Source: Octopus sinensis
Taxonomy: Eukaryota
Direction: 5' to 3'
NCBI RefSeq assembly: GCF_006345805.1
Contig: NC_043003.1
Location: 57,164,001-57,228,000, forward strand
Length of the DNA: 64,000 nt
The position numbers were made by a program, and so were the translations under genes. The notes under the pieces are model-generated. The model saw only the letters and a program-made list of their open reading frames with translations. It was not told the origin of the DNA and did not search any database. Below are positions 12,595-25,460 of this stretch, in pieces; positions within the stretch are counted from its first letter, which is position 1, and each line of letters opens with the position of its first letter.

Positions 12595-12771
12595 AATTTG
12601 TGGGCTTTTCTTATAGAGTTGGCCTCCTTTCTGATCCAGTAACCATATTCTGTCACGGTAACACACTAAAACAATAATAATAAACAACATACAATAATCA
12701 AATACATTAATTTTTTCTCTTTCTTTTTTGCTTAGTTTAATAGTGTAGGTCGATTTACAATGTGCAATATG

Positions 12772-13550
12772 TTATGCGGTCTGCGGTTTTACAAAGGATG
12801 TCCATGCCAGTCGTAGATAAAGTGATAACAATAGCTGTCACTTGAATTATTATTTATATTTCCTTGAATACAATTTCACAGCTGGTCTTTCACCTAATAA
12901 CAGCAGCCCGTAAGTTAATTTACGCTATGATCGAAGAGAATTAGAAATCATTAACCTGGAAAACTTTCGAATATTAAAATGTTCCAAGTGAACTGTTTAC
13001 ATTGATGAAGTTGAATAAAAGAAAAAAACGATGACAAAAAAGAATGCATAAACAGATGAAAACAAACGAAAAAGAAAAAATAGATACGCATGGCTGTGTG
13101 GTAAGTAGCTTACCAACCACATGGTTCCGGGTTCAGTCCCACTGCGTGGCACCTTGGGTAAGTGTCTTCTACTGTAGCCTCGGGCCGACCGAAGCCTTGT
13201 GAGTGCATTTGGTAAACGGAAACTGAAAGAAGCCCATCGTATATACGTATATATATATATATATGTGTGTGTGTGTCTGTGTTTGTCCCTCCAACATCGC
13301 TTGACAACCGATGCTGGTGTTTACGTCCCCGTAACGTAGCGGATCGGCGAAAGAGACCGGTAGATTAAATACTAGGCTTACAATGAATAAGTCCTGGTGT
13401 CGATTTGCTCGACTAAAAAGCGGTGCTTCCGCATGACCACAGTCAAATGACTGAAACAAGTAAAAGAGTATTTATTGCGGAAAAAAAAGAGTTTTATCAC
13501 TTTATCTACAGCTGGCATGGACATCCTTTGTAAAACCGCAGACCACATAA
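12772..13550. mobile_element. Putative MITE with 57-bp terminal inverted repeats, carrying a SINE A
   Basis: 12772-12828 is the reverse complement of 13494-13550 with about 3 mismatches (ttatgcggtctgcggttttacaaaggatgtccatgccag..). Confidence 0.6.
13087..13470 (+). mobile_element. SINE A, full length
   Basis: A-box tggctgtgtggt, B-box gggttcagtcc, core ttggtaaacggaaactgaaagaagccc, internal TA/TG tract, tail cagtcaaatgactgaaacaagtaaaagag. Confidence 0.92.
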
Positions 13551-14029
13551 ATGCTATACCTGACCAAGCAGCTTGCTTGAAATGACAGCTAAATTACTTT
13601 CAATGAATATTCAGACTCTGATATGACCGTTTGAACTGCTGCCAAAGAAATGCAGCTCTAATTCACTCACCTTACAGGCTGGCATTTAAAAACTGAAAAG
13701 ATTGTGTGAACAATATAGGGAGAGGCCTAGAATCTGCGAATAAGATGGCTGGGAAGGTTTTATGAGGAGAGATAACGTTGGTCAGAGCTGAAATGGGGGA
13801 GAAGAGGTTCCATAAAAATAATTATTATATTTGTTAACGTCATATTTTACGTGCTATTATTTATAGCTTCAAGTGCTTCAAGATCCACTATTCAAAACAC
13901 ACACACACACACACTCACACATACACACACACAAGAAATATATTTGTTTGTAGAAGCGAAGCTAATGATCTTAGTATGCAAACATCTTGTTATATTGCCA
14001 TGCGACAAAAACAAAAATAAAAGAACACG

Positions 14030-14032
14030 CAG

Positions 14033-14073
<41 letters not shown>

Positions 14074-14110
14074 GACTACTACTACGACTACTACTACTAC
14101 TACTACTAAC

Positions 14111-14161
<51 letters not shown>

Positions 14162-14181
14162 TAATAATAATAATAATAATA

Positions 14182-14213
<32 letters not shown>

Positions 14214-14262
14214 AATGATAATAATGATAATAATGATGATGATAATGATAATAATGATAATA
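14030..14262. repeat. (CTA)n-(TAA)n-(TGA)n tract
   Basis: Directly visible. Confidence 0.95.
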
Positions 14263-14417
14263 CATTATAGTTCATTCGGCTGAAGCACTCTTTCCATGTT
14301 CTCAAACAGAATTTTTGGTTGAGTATTAATGTAGGATCATTAGAATCAAATAATCAAACGCTACCTGCCAGCGTTTTATGTTTTCCTGTAAACACACACT
14401 CACACTCTCTCTTTCTT

Positions 14418-14457
<40 letters not shown>

Positions 14458-15105
14458 CTTACCTCACTCACTCACTCACTTTCTTCCTCCTATCTATCCT
14501 TGACGAAAAAAAACGCGCGTACAGAAATACGCGTATACAAACCCACCCAGTCGTGTATGCGAGTGCGTACGTGTGTGTGAGTAAAACGAAGATACTAACG
14601 CTACTTTTTGTTATTTATATAACTATGAATATTGAAATCAGTTAAAATATGTTTACTAAACATGCTTTTAGTAATTTACTATTAAATATACACGCACTTA
14701 GTGATTGAATGCATAATAATAACAGATTTGGTGATTTAGCGTTAAAAGATGCACATTAGATGACTTCACCGACGATTATAGACTCATAGTGAGATTAAAT
14801 GAGTAACTTGCATTTTATGGGGTTTCCTTATGCAAATTTATTTAAATAACGCTGTACATTTGCGTCGCTTAATAAATTCCCGATTGTTAACTTTCCATCT
14901 AGTAAATTAACTTCATATCATCATTAATAGTTTATGCTTCTCATATGGAGATTTGCGCGTTCTAATTTCTGTGATTGAGTGATGAGTTTTATAAAATGCG
15001 AAACAAATATCAACCAATTCTTTACTCGGAGACTTTTTGTTATAGTTTGAGACGAAACTCCCACAGACAAGTGTATGGTTAGCTAAATGTTATTGCACTG
15101 GAATT

Positions 15106-15365
15106 TAAGGCGGTAGGCTGGCAGAATCGTTAGCACCCCGCACGAAATGCTTAGCGGTATTTCGTCAGCCGCTTCGTTTGTAGTTCAAATTCTGCCGCGG
15201 TCAACTTTGCCTTTCATCCTTTCAGGGTTGATGAAGTAAATATCAGTGAAACACTGGGATTGTTTCGGGGTCGATAAATTAAGTGCCAGTGAAACACCCG
15301 GGTCGATGTAATTGACTCATCCTCTCCCTAAGTTTTGCCGCCCTTGTGGCAAACTTTGAAATCCT
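15106..15365 (+). mobile_element. SINE B with a short internal duplication
   Basis: aaggcggtaggctggcagaatcgttagc..; the cagtgaaacac segment occurs twice. Confidence 0.85.
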
Positions 15366-15724
15366 TATTGTATAGGATTTTCACACACACACACACACAC
15401 ACACACAAGCATATGTACCGTCACGTAAACGCACATATGCAGGGTAATGGACTCTGTGGAGCCGAGGAGTTGTTAGCTTATCGAACGATACAGCTTGGAT
15501 TTGTTCAAACGGACATTCACATGCACATTCAACTGCATTTGTGTTTGCGTGAGTTTGCATGTGGAAAACGCACATCATCTTGTGATTATGTTTATGTGTC
15601 GAATTTCGTTAAAAAATTCCCAGTCAGCGCCAATTTTTAAATAAACTTCACACGTCACTCTGTACAGAGACACACCATCATCAGCAAACGCTCCATTTTA
15701 ATTCTTAAACGTACTTTAAAAACA

Positions 15725-15955
15725 ATCATTTCTACTATAGGTAAATGGCCCGGAATTTCGTGGGTGGAGAGGGCAAGTTGATTACATCAACTCCAGGGTT
15801 CTATTGGTACCTATTTCACCGACCACAGTGCTCCACTGCTAATTATTTCATCAACCCCAAAAGGAGGAAATACAAAGCTGCACTCAAATATGTTTCAACT
15901 CAGAACGTAAAGCCAGCGCTATTGCAATTGTGTCAGCTCGCCGTATTAACTTTAA
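15725..15955 (-). mobile_element. Degenerate SINE B
   Basis: gttgattacatcaactccag..aactcagaacgtaaag..gtcagctcgccg. Confidence 0.65.
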
Positions 15956-16149
15956 AGTAATAACTTTCATTCAACATGTGAATGCATGAATTGTGCTCGA
16001 ATAAGTAAGTGTAATAAGCATATGTGCTCGACTAAGTAAGCCTAACTTTTATGACAAATTGGAAACTGATACCGCCACAAATGGCATTTATCGCGCGGAA
16101 ACAAAGAACAAATCATCTATTCTTCTGTTTTGCTTTCTGTGAAGTTATT

Positions 16150-17950
16150 TACCATACAATCTACATCCATAGAATATATTCCAAAATATGTATTTATAAA
16201 ACATATTGTATATAATGTTCATATACATATTTAAACAACCTTCTTTTGGTGTTTCTCTGAATCAAGTCACAGCTGCCAATCGTACTCCTGATGCCAGTAA
16301 AGGTTTACAGTTTTCATAAGATTTTATCTTCATAATTCCGTAGCTCAGAGGCGTGGTAAGCGATCCTCATTAATATAAATAACTACAATATAACTTAACT
16401 TCATATCTTCTCTGAGACTTTTCTAAGTTTTAAGTCACATTGAGATTAAATGCCCGTTTATCAAAAATTAATTATTAGCGAGAAAAGCAGTATTTGTAAC
16501 AAAAGGCAATCTTCATGGGGAGCGGAGCATAATAAATAATATTTACTGCATCAGGAAAGTCATAGATGCTTGCAAATGTTGAGTACCATGCGAAAACGTT
16601 AGTAGCTAAGCAAATAGCTTTCTCCAAATGCATTAAAAACTATATAACATGAATGTTACAGTGTACCCGTTCTCATTGGGTATACAAAAGACAAATTTAT
16701 ATATACCCAGACCTATTCCCCAATTTTTTAGGAGCCGGTAGCCACAAGACACACACCAGGCATTCCCTTTCTTTCCCATCTCAAAGAGGTGGACCCCGTT
16801 ATATATTCGGGTCAACGCATAGAACGCAACCTCCGCCGCATCATGCTGGTTCCATACTCCTTTGAGGAACATCAAAACACTCTCATCCGTCCACAAATAC
16901 TCTCCAATCTTTCCTCTCATTTATAAACTCTCTTGCCTCTCTCACTCCAACATCTCTAACTACCAAAGCTTTCCTCACTCCATCCATCTACACAAGCCGA
17001 GGTCTTCCTCTGGTTCTACTGCCTACCACTTCTGCCTTCATCATCCTCCTCATCCATCTTCTCCATGTGGATAAACCACCCCAACATTCGGCTATCCATT
17101 TTGGTTGTTAGTTTTTCCCTCATTCTTGCTCGCTTTCGCTCCTCCTCATTCCTCATCCTGTCCACCCGCGTCACACGAACTTCAGACATCTCCCCTCAAA
17201 CACAACTAGTACCATGTAGTTGAACAAGAGAAATTAGTCATTACTTATTTTGCCCACCTTAAACTTTTTTGCCCTTTTTTGTTTTTGTTCTGAAAATTGA
17301 AAAGTTGCTAATTGGACATTAGTGCTGGGGAGAAATTGCCTAAGAATGCAACAGAGAAAAGAATCTTCATTCTTAAGTATCACAACATATCCAGATATTT
17401 TATGAGGAACATCAATTAAAATCGAGTCAAAGTTGAGAAAAAATTTCTTCTACCTGTCACCTGACTATGTTTGAATCCCTCAACTTTAACAGCAGCTATG
17501 CTGACCACTATTTATTCTCAAAGGAGAAATCAAAAGTTACTGATTTTGCCCCACTTAATCATTTTGCTTCACTCCACCCATACCAACTTAACATTGATAC
17601 CTTGTCAGCGCATCAAATACTGCATTGTTAGCCTCAAGTGATCCTTTCGTATAGGAACATCGTGCATAAAACTACACATACATCGTAGCAGATGAGAATC
17701 ATCTGTTATGCGGGCCGGAAATCCCATGCAAGACGATTCTTATTTGCTATGATCTGTAAACATCAAGCTTCTATGTGAAAGGTTCTCTCGCGGCTGATAA
17801 AGCAGTATTCAGTATTTTATTGAATATATCTCTAACATTGTTCCGCTTATATATAGCTAAAAATATGTAAAGTGTTACATTTGCCATTAAAACGGCTGCT
17901 GAGTTCTTTTAAACCAGAATCAACTCCTAAAAACTTAATTATAAAATAAT
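16150..17950 (-). pseudogene. Possible heavily decayed PLE ORF
   Basis: Weak remnants only, such as a C*LDSEKH..EGCLN-like C-terminus near 16200-16300. Confidence 0.3.
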
Positions 17951-18539
17951 TATTCCAGAGATGGTTATTACATCTTATTTCCAGAAATAGAATACCACGA
18001 AACCTATATTCAATTTCCCTCCATTTGAACAATAGTACGGTATAAATTGTACCTGATTTGGTAGTTATTTCTAGCAAAACGAACGACAACGTGGCTATCG
18101 GCTCTTTGGTTTCGTATTATCTGATATTGTTTCTAATTTTCCTTTTGTATTCTTTCGTTTGCTAATGGAATTTTTTTTCATTCAGCCCCATGAATGTAAA
18201 CAGTTCAACTGGAACATTATAGCATTCAAGTTTTCCAGGTGAGTGCATTTTAGTTTTTTTTTTTCTTTTTTTTTTTAATCATAGCCTAGATTAACTGAGT
18301 GAATCCTGTTGTTTAGTGAAAGACCAGCTATGAACTTGTTGAATGAAATGTCAACAGAAGTTCAAGTAACTAAGATTTATTTTTCCTTTTTATTGTTTCA
18401 TTGTTTCATTATTTGCATCACACATACGCTCGCACTCACACACACACGCACATACACATATACATATACTTACGTACATATATACACTTCTTCAACTTGT
18501 ACAAATACATGCCACTAGCCAATTTAAACCACTTCTGTT

Positions 18540-18795
18540 TTGTGTGTGTGTGTGAATTTGTGTGTGTGCGTATGTGTATGTTTATGTTTTTTATGTCTGT
18601 GTTTGTCCCCCACCACCGCTTGACAACCGGTTGTGGTGTGTTTCCCTTCGCGTAAAATAGCGTTTCGGCAAAAGAGACCGATAGAATAAGCACAAGGCTT
18701 CAAAAGAAAATAAGTACTTGGTCGATTTGACTAAAATTCCTCAAGACTGTGCCCCAACATGGCCGCAGTCCGATGAGTGAAACAAGATAAAAGAT
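18540..18795 (+). mobile_element. SINE A 3' half
   Basis: gtttgtcccccaccaccgcttgacaaccgg..catggccgcagtccgatgagtgaaacaag. Confidence 0.85.
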
Positions 18796-18821
18796 ATATT
18801 ATTATTTATATTAGCATGAAT

Positions 18822-19237
18822 AGGCGCAGGAGTGGCTGTGTGGTAATTAGCTTGCTAACCAACCACATGGTTCCGGGTTCAGTCCCACTGCGTGGTATCT
18901 TGAGCAAGTGTCTTCTGCTATAGCCCCGGGCCGACCAATGCCTTGTGAGTGGATTTGGTAGACGGAAACTGAAAGAAGCCTGTCGTATATATGTATATGT
19001 ATATATATATATATGTGTGTGTATGTGTGTTTGTGTGTCTGTGTTTGTCCCCCTAGCATTGCTTGACAACCGATACTGGTGTGTTTACGTCCCCGTCACT
19101 TAGCGGCTCGGAAAAGAGAACGATAGAATAAGTACTGGGCTTACAAAGAATAAGTCATGGGATCGATTTGGTCGACTAAAGGCGGTGCTCCAGCATGGCC
19201 GCAGTCAAATGACTGAAACAAGTAAAAGAGTAAAGAG
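18822..19237 (+). mobile_element. SINE A, full length
   Basis: ggcgcaggagtggctgtgtggt.. through ..gactgaaacaagtaaaagagtaaagag. Confidence 0.95.
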
Positions 19238-19647
19238 AATATATATGCGTGTCTGTGAGTGTGTGTATGTATATATATTTATATATAAATAAATAAATAA
19301 GCGTCACACACTAATGCCGGTGCTCCAGCATAGCCAAAGTCATTGGACTGAAAATATAAAAGAATGTATATATATATAGACATATATGTGTGCGTGTGAA
19401 TGTTTGTGTGTGTGTCTTGTATTTCTTAATTATTATAAATCTTCCACTGAGGAGGTAGCTGGTTTCCAACAAAGATTCAAGGCTACATCTGTCGGATGTA
19501 CCGTCATAGAGGTCAGCTGGCCTGCGGATATAAACATCACTTTGGAAATGAAAGAAAAAATGGATATCTATGGACAGCCGGTATGTATATATGTATATAT
19601 GTATGTAGGTACGTATGTATGTATCATCTATGTATTTCTACATCTCT

Positions 19648-19719
<72 letters not shown>

Positions 19720-19754
19720 GTATGTATATATATATATGTATGTATATATATATC

Positions 19755-20127
19755 CTTTTAGTTTTTTACTGTTTTCAGCCATTTGACTGCAGCCAGTTTG
19801 AAGCACTGCTTTTAGTCGAAAGAATTGACCACCAGGACTTATTCTTTGTAAGCCTATTACTTATTCTATCGATATTTTCTTCCGAACCGGTAAGTTACGG
19901 GGAAGTAAACATACCATCATCGGTTGTCAAGCGATGGTGGTGGGGGACAAACACAGACACACAAACATATACATACATAAAGAATAAAAAGTTTATGGAT
20001 GACTAAATTACAACAGGTATATAGCCCATTGTTTATATTATAGTGCATTGTTCTACCATTCAAAACTTTTTATTCTTTACAAACAATACACAATGCTTCA
20101 AGCAAACTACAATACTCTCATATATAT

Positions 20128-20170
<43 letters not shown>

Positions 20171-21407
20171 GCGTTGGACAAAATAATGGAAACACCTAGC
20201 ATCATAGCATCATAATTTTCAAATATCTGTAAAACCGTGAAAGTCTTGATTATTTATTATCACTGTTGCTTCACAAGGTTTGCGAAGATTGCTGTTTCTT
20301 TTCAGATATCATCAGAAAAAGGTAATTAAAATTCATTGAAATGACATAGCAATCGGTCTTTCACAGAAACAAAATTGTTGGTGCTCGTATGGTAGGCGCT
20401 AGCGTAACGAAAACAGCCGAAATGTTTGGTGTATCAAGTAATGACAGCCTTTGAGAAAGAGGTAAAACCCTCCTCGTCGAAGCAAAACTCTCGAAGAAAA
20501 AAACACAAAATTTTTCAGTTAGGTGCCGTCGGACTCTTACGTGAATTGTTAGAAAGTATCAGAAAAGTACAGCTCCCATACTTACCGCAGAGCTTAATCT
20601 CCACCTCAAGAACCCAGTTTCCACAAAAAACTATTCGCCGGGAGCTGCACAAAGCCAGATTTCACTGGAGGGCTGCAATCAGAAAACCACTACTTTCAAA
20701 AACAAACGTTGCAAAGCGTTTAGAGTGGAGCAAAAACCTACAGAATTGGTCCCTGGAGCAGTGGAAGAATAGAGGAGAATCTGTGATGATCTGGGGGGGG
20801 GGGCATATCTTGGAAATCCACCGGCCCATTTGTTTCAATTCATAGCAGAATTAATAGTCAAGACTGTTTAAGCATTTTGTCTGGTCACATTCAACCTATG
20901 TTTGCGGGACTGTTTTCGGGTGGGGGAATGACGCAATGCTTCCTGATGATAATGAACCAATTCACACGGCTAAAGTTGTTACTGAATGGCACGAGGAACA
21001 TTCTAGTGAAGTTGGACATCATATCTGGCCACCTCAGTCCCGAGATCTCAATATTATTGAACATTTAGAGTGCCATTTGGAAAAACAAGTGAAGAGTCGA
21101 TATCCTCCATCACCATCACTACAAGAACGGGAGATTGTTTTAGCTGATGAATGAAGAAAAATACCTTTCGAAATAATTCAAACTTTGTACGAGTCCATAT
21201 CTCGTAGAATTCAAGCTGTAATTACTTCCAAAGACGGTCCAACCCCATAATTTAAATAAATTTTTTTGAAATTTTAAGATGTATCCATTATTTTGCCCAA
21301 CCGCTGTATGTATATATATATATATACGCCGGGCTTCTTTCAGTTTCCATCAGCCAAATCTACTCACAAGGTTCTGGTCAGCCTGAAGCTATAGCAGAAG
21401 ACTCTTG
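19755..21407 (-). mobile_element. SINE A split by Tc1
   Basis: 3' half at 19755-19975; 5' part resumes at 21325 (tacgccgggcttctttcagtttcc). Confidence 0.8.
20168..21306 (+). mobile_element. Tc1-family DNA transposon, decayed and internally deleted
   Basis: TA|CAGGCGTTGGACAAAATAATGGA ... TCCATTATTTTGCCCAACCGCTG|TA; transposase remnants RKPLLS..KRLEWSK, DDNEPIH, WPPQSRDLNIIEHL, LYESISRRIQAVI. Confidence 0.93.
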
Positions 21408-21864
21408 TATACCAATCCCGTCACTTTCAGGATAAATGTGGGGCTGTGTGACACGGCTGGAATGTTAAATTATATGTTGAATTCATTCCGAGAAAGTTTA
21501 TAGTTTATGCCCCTTCAGTTCCCGTTATAATGTATGAGTCTATCCCTAGTCTTAGAAGCCGATAGAAACTGTGACCTCATACTTGCGGCCAAAAGTATAT
21601 ATAAACCGTATGCACGTACCTAAACACACACACACAAACACACATTTGTTATTGGTCTGTGTAACTCCAGGTTAGCCTCTGGTCCAGAAGACATAGCACG
21701 CAAGTAATAAAATGAACGCCTAGAAGTGTCCCACACAATCGGTTATTCCAGATATACGAAATCAGAATTCTTGTTTCTATGAAATGAACCCATTAAGTTC
21801 GATCTCTTTTCAGATTCACAATTTTCAATGTTTTCAGAACTTTTCTTTCTGAATATAGTCAAGT

Positions 21865-22035
21865 CTGCGCATTCAGTACGGCCGAATGGTTAAGAGTTTC
21901 CCTTCGCAACCACGAGGCCCCGCGTTCGACCCCACGGCAAATCAGGTTGGATAAAAGTCTTTTTTATAGCAATTATCGGCGCATACTTTCTGAATGTAAT
22001 TCAGCAGACGGATATTTGATATGAACCCGCTGGGG
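21865..22035 (+). mobile_element. Old tRNA-SINE relic (SINE A-like)
   Basis: ggccgaatggtt (A-box-like), cgttcgaccc (B-box-like) and a cagacggatatttg core remnant. Confidence 0.45.
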
Positions 22036-23099
22036 GGGATTGTAATTATAATTCAAAAGGTATAGCCTAGTCGTCGTACACCCTCAATCCAAATCTAGCT
22101 GAGAATCACGTTAAAGATATAGGTGTCAGAGAAATACTCAGCCACTTCGTTAATTCAGGAGGAAGTAATTAATTTCATTGAACAAATGAATCCCCATCGG
22201 CGAACAACTGATATCTACCCATATTCATGATTACTTTGTCCATTGTGTTCATCCATTTTTAAGAAACTAGGGTAAATTTGAAGATGTGGCTGTTAACTCT
22301 AGCAATAAAGCGACCGCACAAATATCGTTATTCTTCCATTTCTGTTTTTCTTTTTTTTTTCTTTGTTTATTCATGTATTAGACAGCTTAGCACAGATACT
22401 TCCAGCAAGGAAGAAATGCTTATCCAATATTCTAAATAGCCGAAACATCTAAGACCACTGTGCTTTAGGATATACCCGTTTACTTTGACAAATACATAAA
22501 ACTGGACATTATCACGAAAGACTAGCTTAGAGACGGTAAGTTTAACATGACATACAGAGAAACAGAGAGAGAGGAATAGAAGAAAGTGATTGAGAGATGA
22601 AAATAAGCAAGGAGAAAAATCTTAGAAAAAAATTTGAAAGATAGTCTATAAAAATAACAAACAAAAAAAAAGGTACCGAAATAATTTAGTGCTCAAGGGG
22701 GCCCTGCGTTTAAAGCAACGGAAAGATATTTCGAGATTAAATACCTAATTCTTAGATAGGAATTGCCAAAACGATTTCTCAGTCAAGATAAGCATTCTGG
22801 GATCAATAAAAAGAAATGACACTCGGTAGTTATAGTCCGATAACGACATTTGATTATTAGAAAAACTTGGTTAGTTTATAAAACCAAATTCAAGGGACGT
22901 TTCTAAAAAGTAACAGAATATGCGAGATACAGAAAAAGACATTGGAAATAGTGAGTAGGTTATTATCGTTAATGTTGCTGCTTTTCTTGTTTTTTTTTGT
23001 CCGAGGTTAGCCATGACAGTGCAGATCTGTGATCAAAGTTAATCTAGCAATGATTATTCCGTCTTTTTCTTATTTTCCCTTTCATAAAATATAGACGCA

Positions 23100-23465
23100 A
23101 GCTTGGGTGTGTGGTTAAGAATTTCGCTTTGCAACAACAGAATTTCGGGTTTATATTCAGAGTTGTTACCCACTATAACTCTATGATTATCAATGACTTT
23201 TGAGTAAATTTGGTTGACGAAAACTATGTGGAAGCCTGTGTGTGTCTTTTTACCTTCGTTTTTACCTCGTTCAAAATCTTTTGACAACTGGTGATGGTTT
23301 GTTTCCACCCCCTTAACTTAGTGGAACTGGCAAAAGAAAATGATGTGGTATGTATCGAATGTTAACAAAAAGATAATAAGAACCGGGGTCGATTTGGTTG
23401 ATTAAACAATTTAGGCGTTGCTCCAGCATGGCTACAGTCCAATAACTGAAATAAATTAAAGATAC
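23100..23465 (+). mobile_element. Old SINE A
   Basis: tttggttgacgaaaactatgtggaagcc core; tail ctccagcatggctacagtcc. Confidence 0.75.
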
Positions 23466-23481
23466 ATACATACAAATATAT

Positions 23482-23534
<53 letters not shown>

Positions 23535-23538
<4 letters not shown>

Positions 23539-23691
23539 CAGCATTCAGAAAAATAATAAAAGACGAAGACAACAAACAGATGTATTAGTATAACGCTCGG
23601 GAAGTGAAAAAGTCTTTAACGTTTCGAGCCTACGCTCTTCCACAGAAAGGAACACAAAGAAACAAGGACAGAAAATAAATAATGTGTAGTG

Positions 23692-23693
<2 letters not shown>
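23535..23693 (-). mobile_element. Short PLE-terminus-like element between (TA)n tracts, copy 1
   Basis: Homologous to 27221-27397; carries a hammerhead-like motif at 23614-23649. Confidence 0.65.
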
Positions 23694-23732
<39 letters not shown>

Positions 23733-23890
23733 TATACAGATATACATTGTTCATTCTGAATAATTTGTAAGAAGTTACTGTGTGGTTCGTTGCAAATTTT
23801 GCTGATATTTCTAGCAGGTCGAGGAACCACTTAATAACTTCACACATTGGTTCTCATTCCATCATGGTCCAAGTGTTTTCAAACATTTTA

Positions 23891-24477
23891 ATATGCTTTT
23901 CTACTCTAGGCACAAGGCCTGAAATTTTTGGGGAGGGAGTCAATCGATTAGGTGGACCCCAGTACGCAACTGGTGCTTAATTTATCAACCCCGAAAGAAT
24001 GAAAGGCAAAATCTACCTCGGCAGAATTTGAACTCAAAACGTAAAGACAGGCGAAATACCTATTTCTTTACTACCCACAAAGGGGCTAAACATAGAGGGG
24101 ACAAACAAGGAAAGACAAAGGGATTAAGTCGATTACATCGACCCCAGTGCCTCATTGGTACTTAATTTATCGACCCCGAAAGGATGAAAGGCAAAGTCGA
24201 CCTCGGCGGAATTTGAACTCAGAACGTAGTGGCAGACGAAATACCTATTTCTTTATTACCCACAAGGGGCTAAACACAGAGCGGACAAACAAGGACCGAC
24301 ATAGGTATTAAGTCGATTACATCGATCCCAGTGCGTAACAGGTACTTAATTTATCGACCCCGTAAGGATGAACGGCAAAGTCGACCTCGGCGGAATTTGA
24401 ACTCACGACGTAACGCAGACGAAATACCACTAAGCATTTCGCCCAGCGTGCTAACGCTTTTGCCAGCTCGCCGCTCT
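23891..24477 (-). mobile_element. SINE B trimer (head-B1-B1-B2)
   Basis: One head at about 24475; junctions gaaatacc|tatttcttt at 24060 and 24245; B2-type tail at 23891. Confidence 0.9.
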
Positions 24478-24929
24478 TCAAGCGTTCTAATATATATCCA
24501 TTGTAGTTGGCATTAATGCCATAATCCCTGAGTCAATGTTTATCAAGTAGGACAACAGCTGAATGACATTGTTGATATGCCTCTGTCACCTTTTAATGCG
24601 GCCATTGTGGCACAAGAACTATATTATTCTGTTTCTCCTTTCATTCGTTACTGGGAAAATGTTGAAATTTGAGGGAGATTTCACTGTCATTTCTAACCAA
24701 ACAAATTATTTGCTAGTGCTCACGACAGTTTAACAATGAATGCAAAGGTCAAATCATTTTGAGATAGATTACAAACGAAAGAAGAAATACTCTCTCTCTC
24801 AGTCCATTTACACCCACACACACACACACACACATACACACCTGTGCGTGCGCACACATGTAAGTATATATCTACATATATACATACATATATATATATA
24901 TATACACTTACATATGTATGTGTGTGTAA

Positions 24930-24961
<32 letters not shown>

Positions 24962-25143
24962 TAAGTAATTAAGGGTTTAGCAACGATTTGCCTCACCACA
25001 CACCGAATTTAGAAATAGCAGTCAAAGAGTTATGGCTATTCTTTCTACTTAAAAGGGAGATCCCAGTAAAACCACAGCACTTAAAAGGCAAACAACGCAG
25101 GCAAAAGAGAAAGAAATGACGACAATCATTCTATATTAAGTCA

Positions 25144-25234
25144 CCTACGGACGTACGTTTCGAAATTAAGTCATAGGAAAGCATAAAAATTAAATAATTA
25201 TGTCTTACCCAACTATTTTTCTCTTCAGCGTAGG
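25144..25234 (-). ncRNA. Type I hammerhead ribozyme (left arm)
   Basis: Mirror copy of 25461-25551 with all core positions intact. Confidence 0.8.
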
Positions 25235-25460
25235 ACTCTTCAATTATAAATAATTGCGTCTCAATCATTAATAATTGTGTATTAAATTTGGAGGCACTAG
25301 AAGACATCACCTCAACTCATGGTAACCCTTTGAATTTGGTGGTACTGGTAATGGCTTACGCTCGCTCTGATACCATGAGTTGAGGTGATGTCTTCTAGTG
25401 CCTCCAAATTTAATACACAATCATTAATGATTGAGACGCAGTTATTTATAATTGAAGAGT

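Noticed and set aside
19440-19580. Exon-like open frames on both strands (FKATSVGCTVIEVSWP on plus; DLYDGTSDRC on minus)
   Set aside because: The plus acceptor is poor and its donor coincides with a (GTAT) microsatellite start; minus lacks a donor.
23891-24477. CRISPR-like or satellite array
   Set aside because: The units are SINE bodies, with no unique spacers and no cas genes.
25364-25375. TGGTATCAGAGC on minus, directly after ..CA, resembling an LTR primer-binding site
   Set aside because: It matches the plant-type initiator tRNA-Met PBS, the repeats are inverted rather than direct, and there is no TG start or polypurine tract; probably coincidence.
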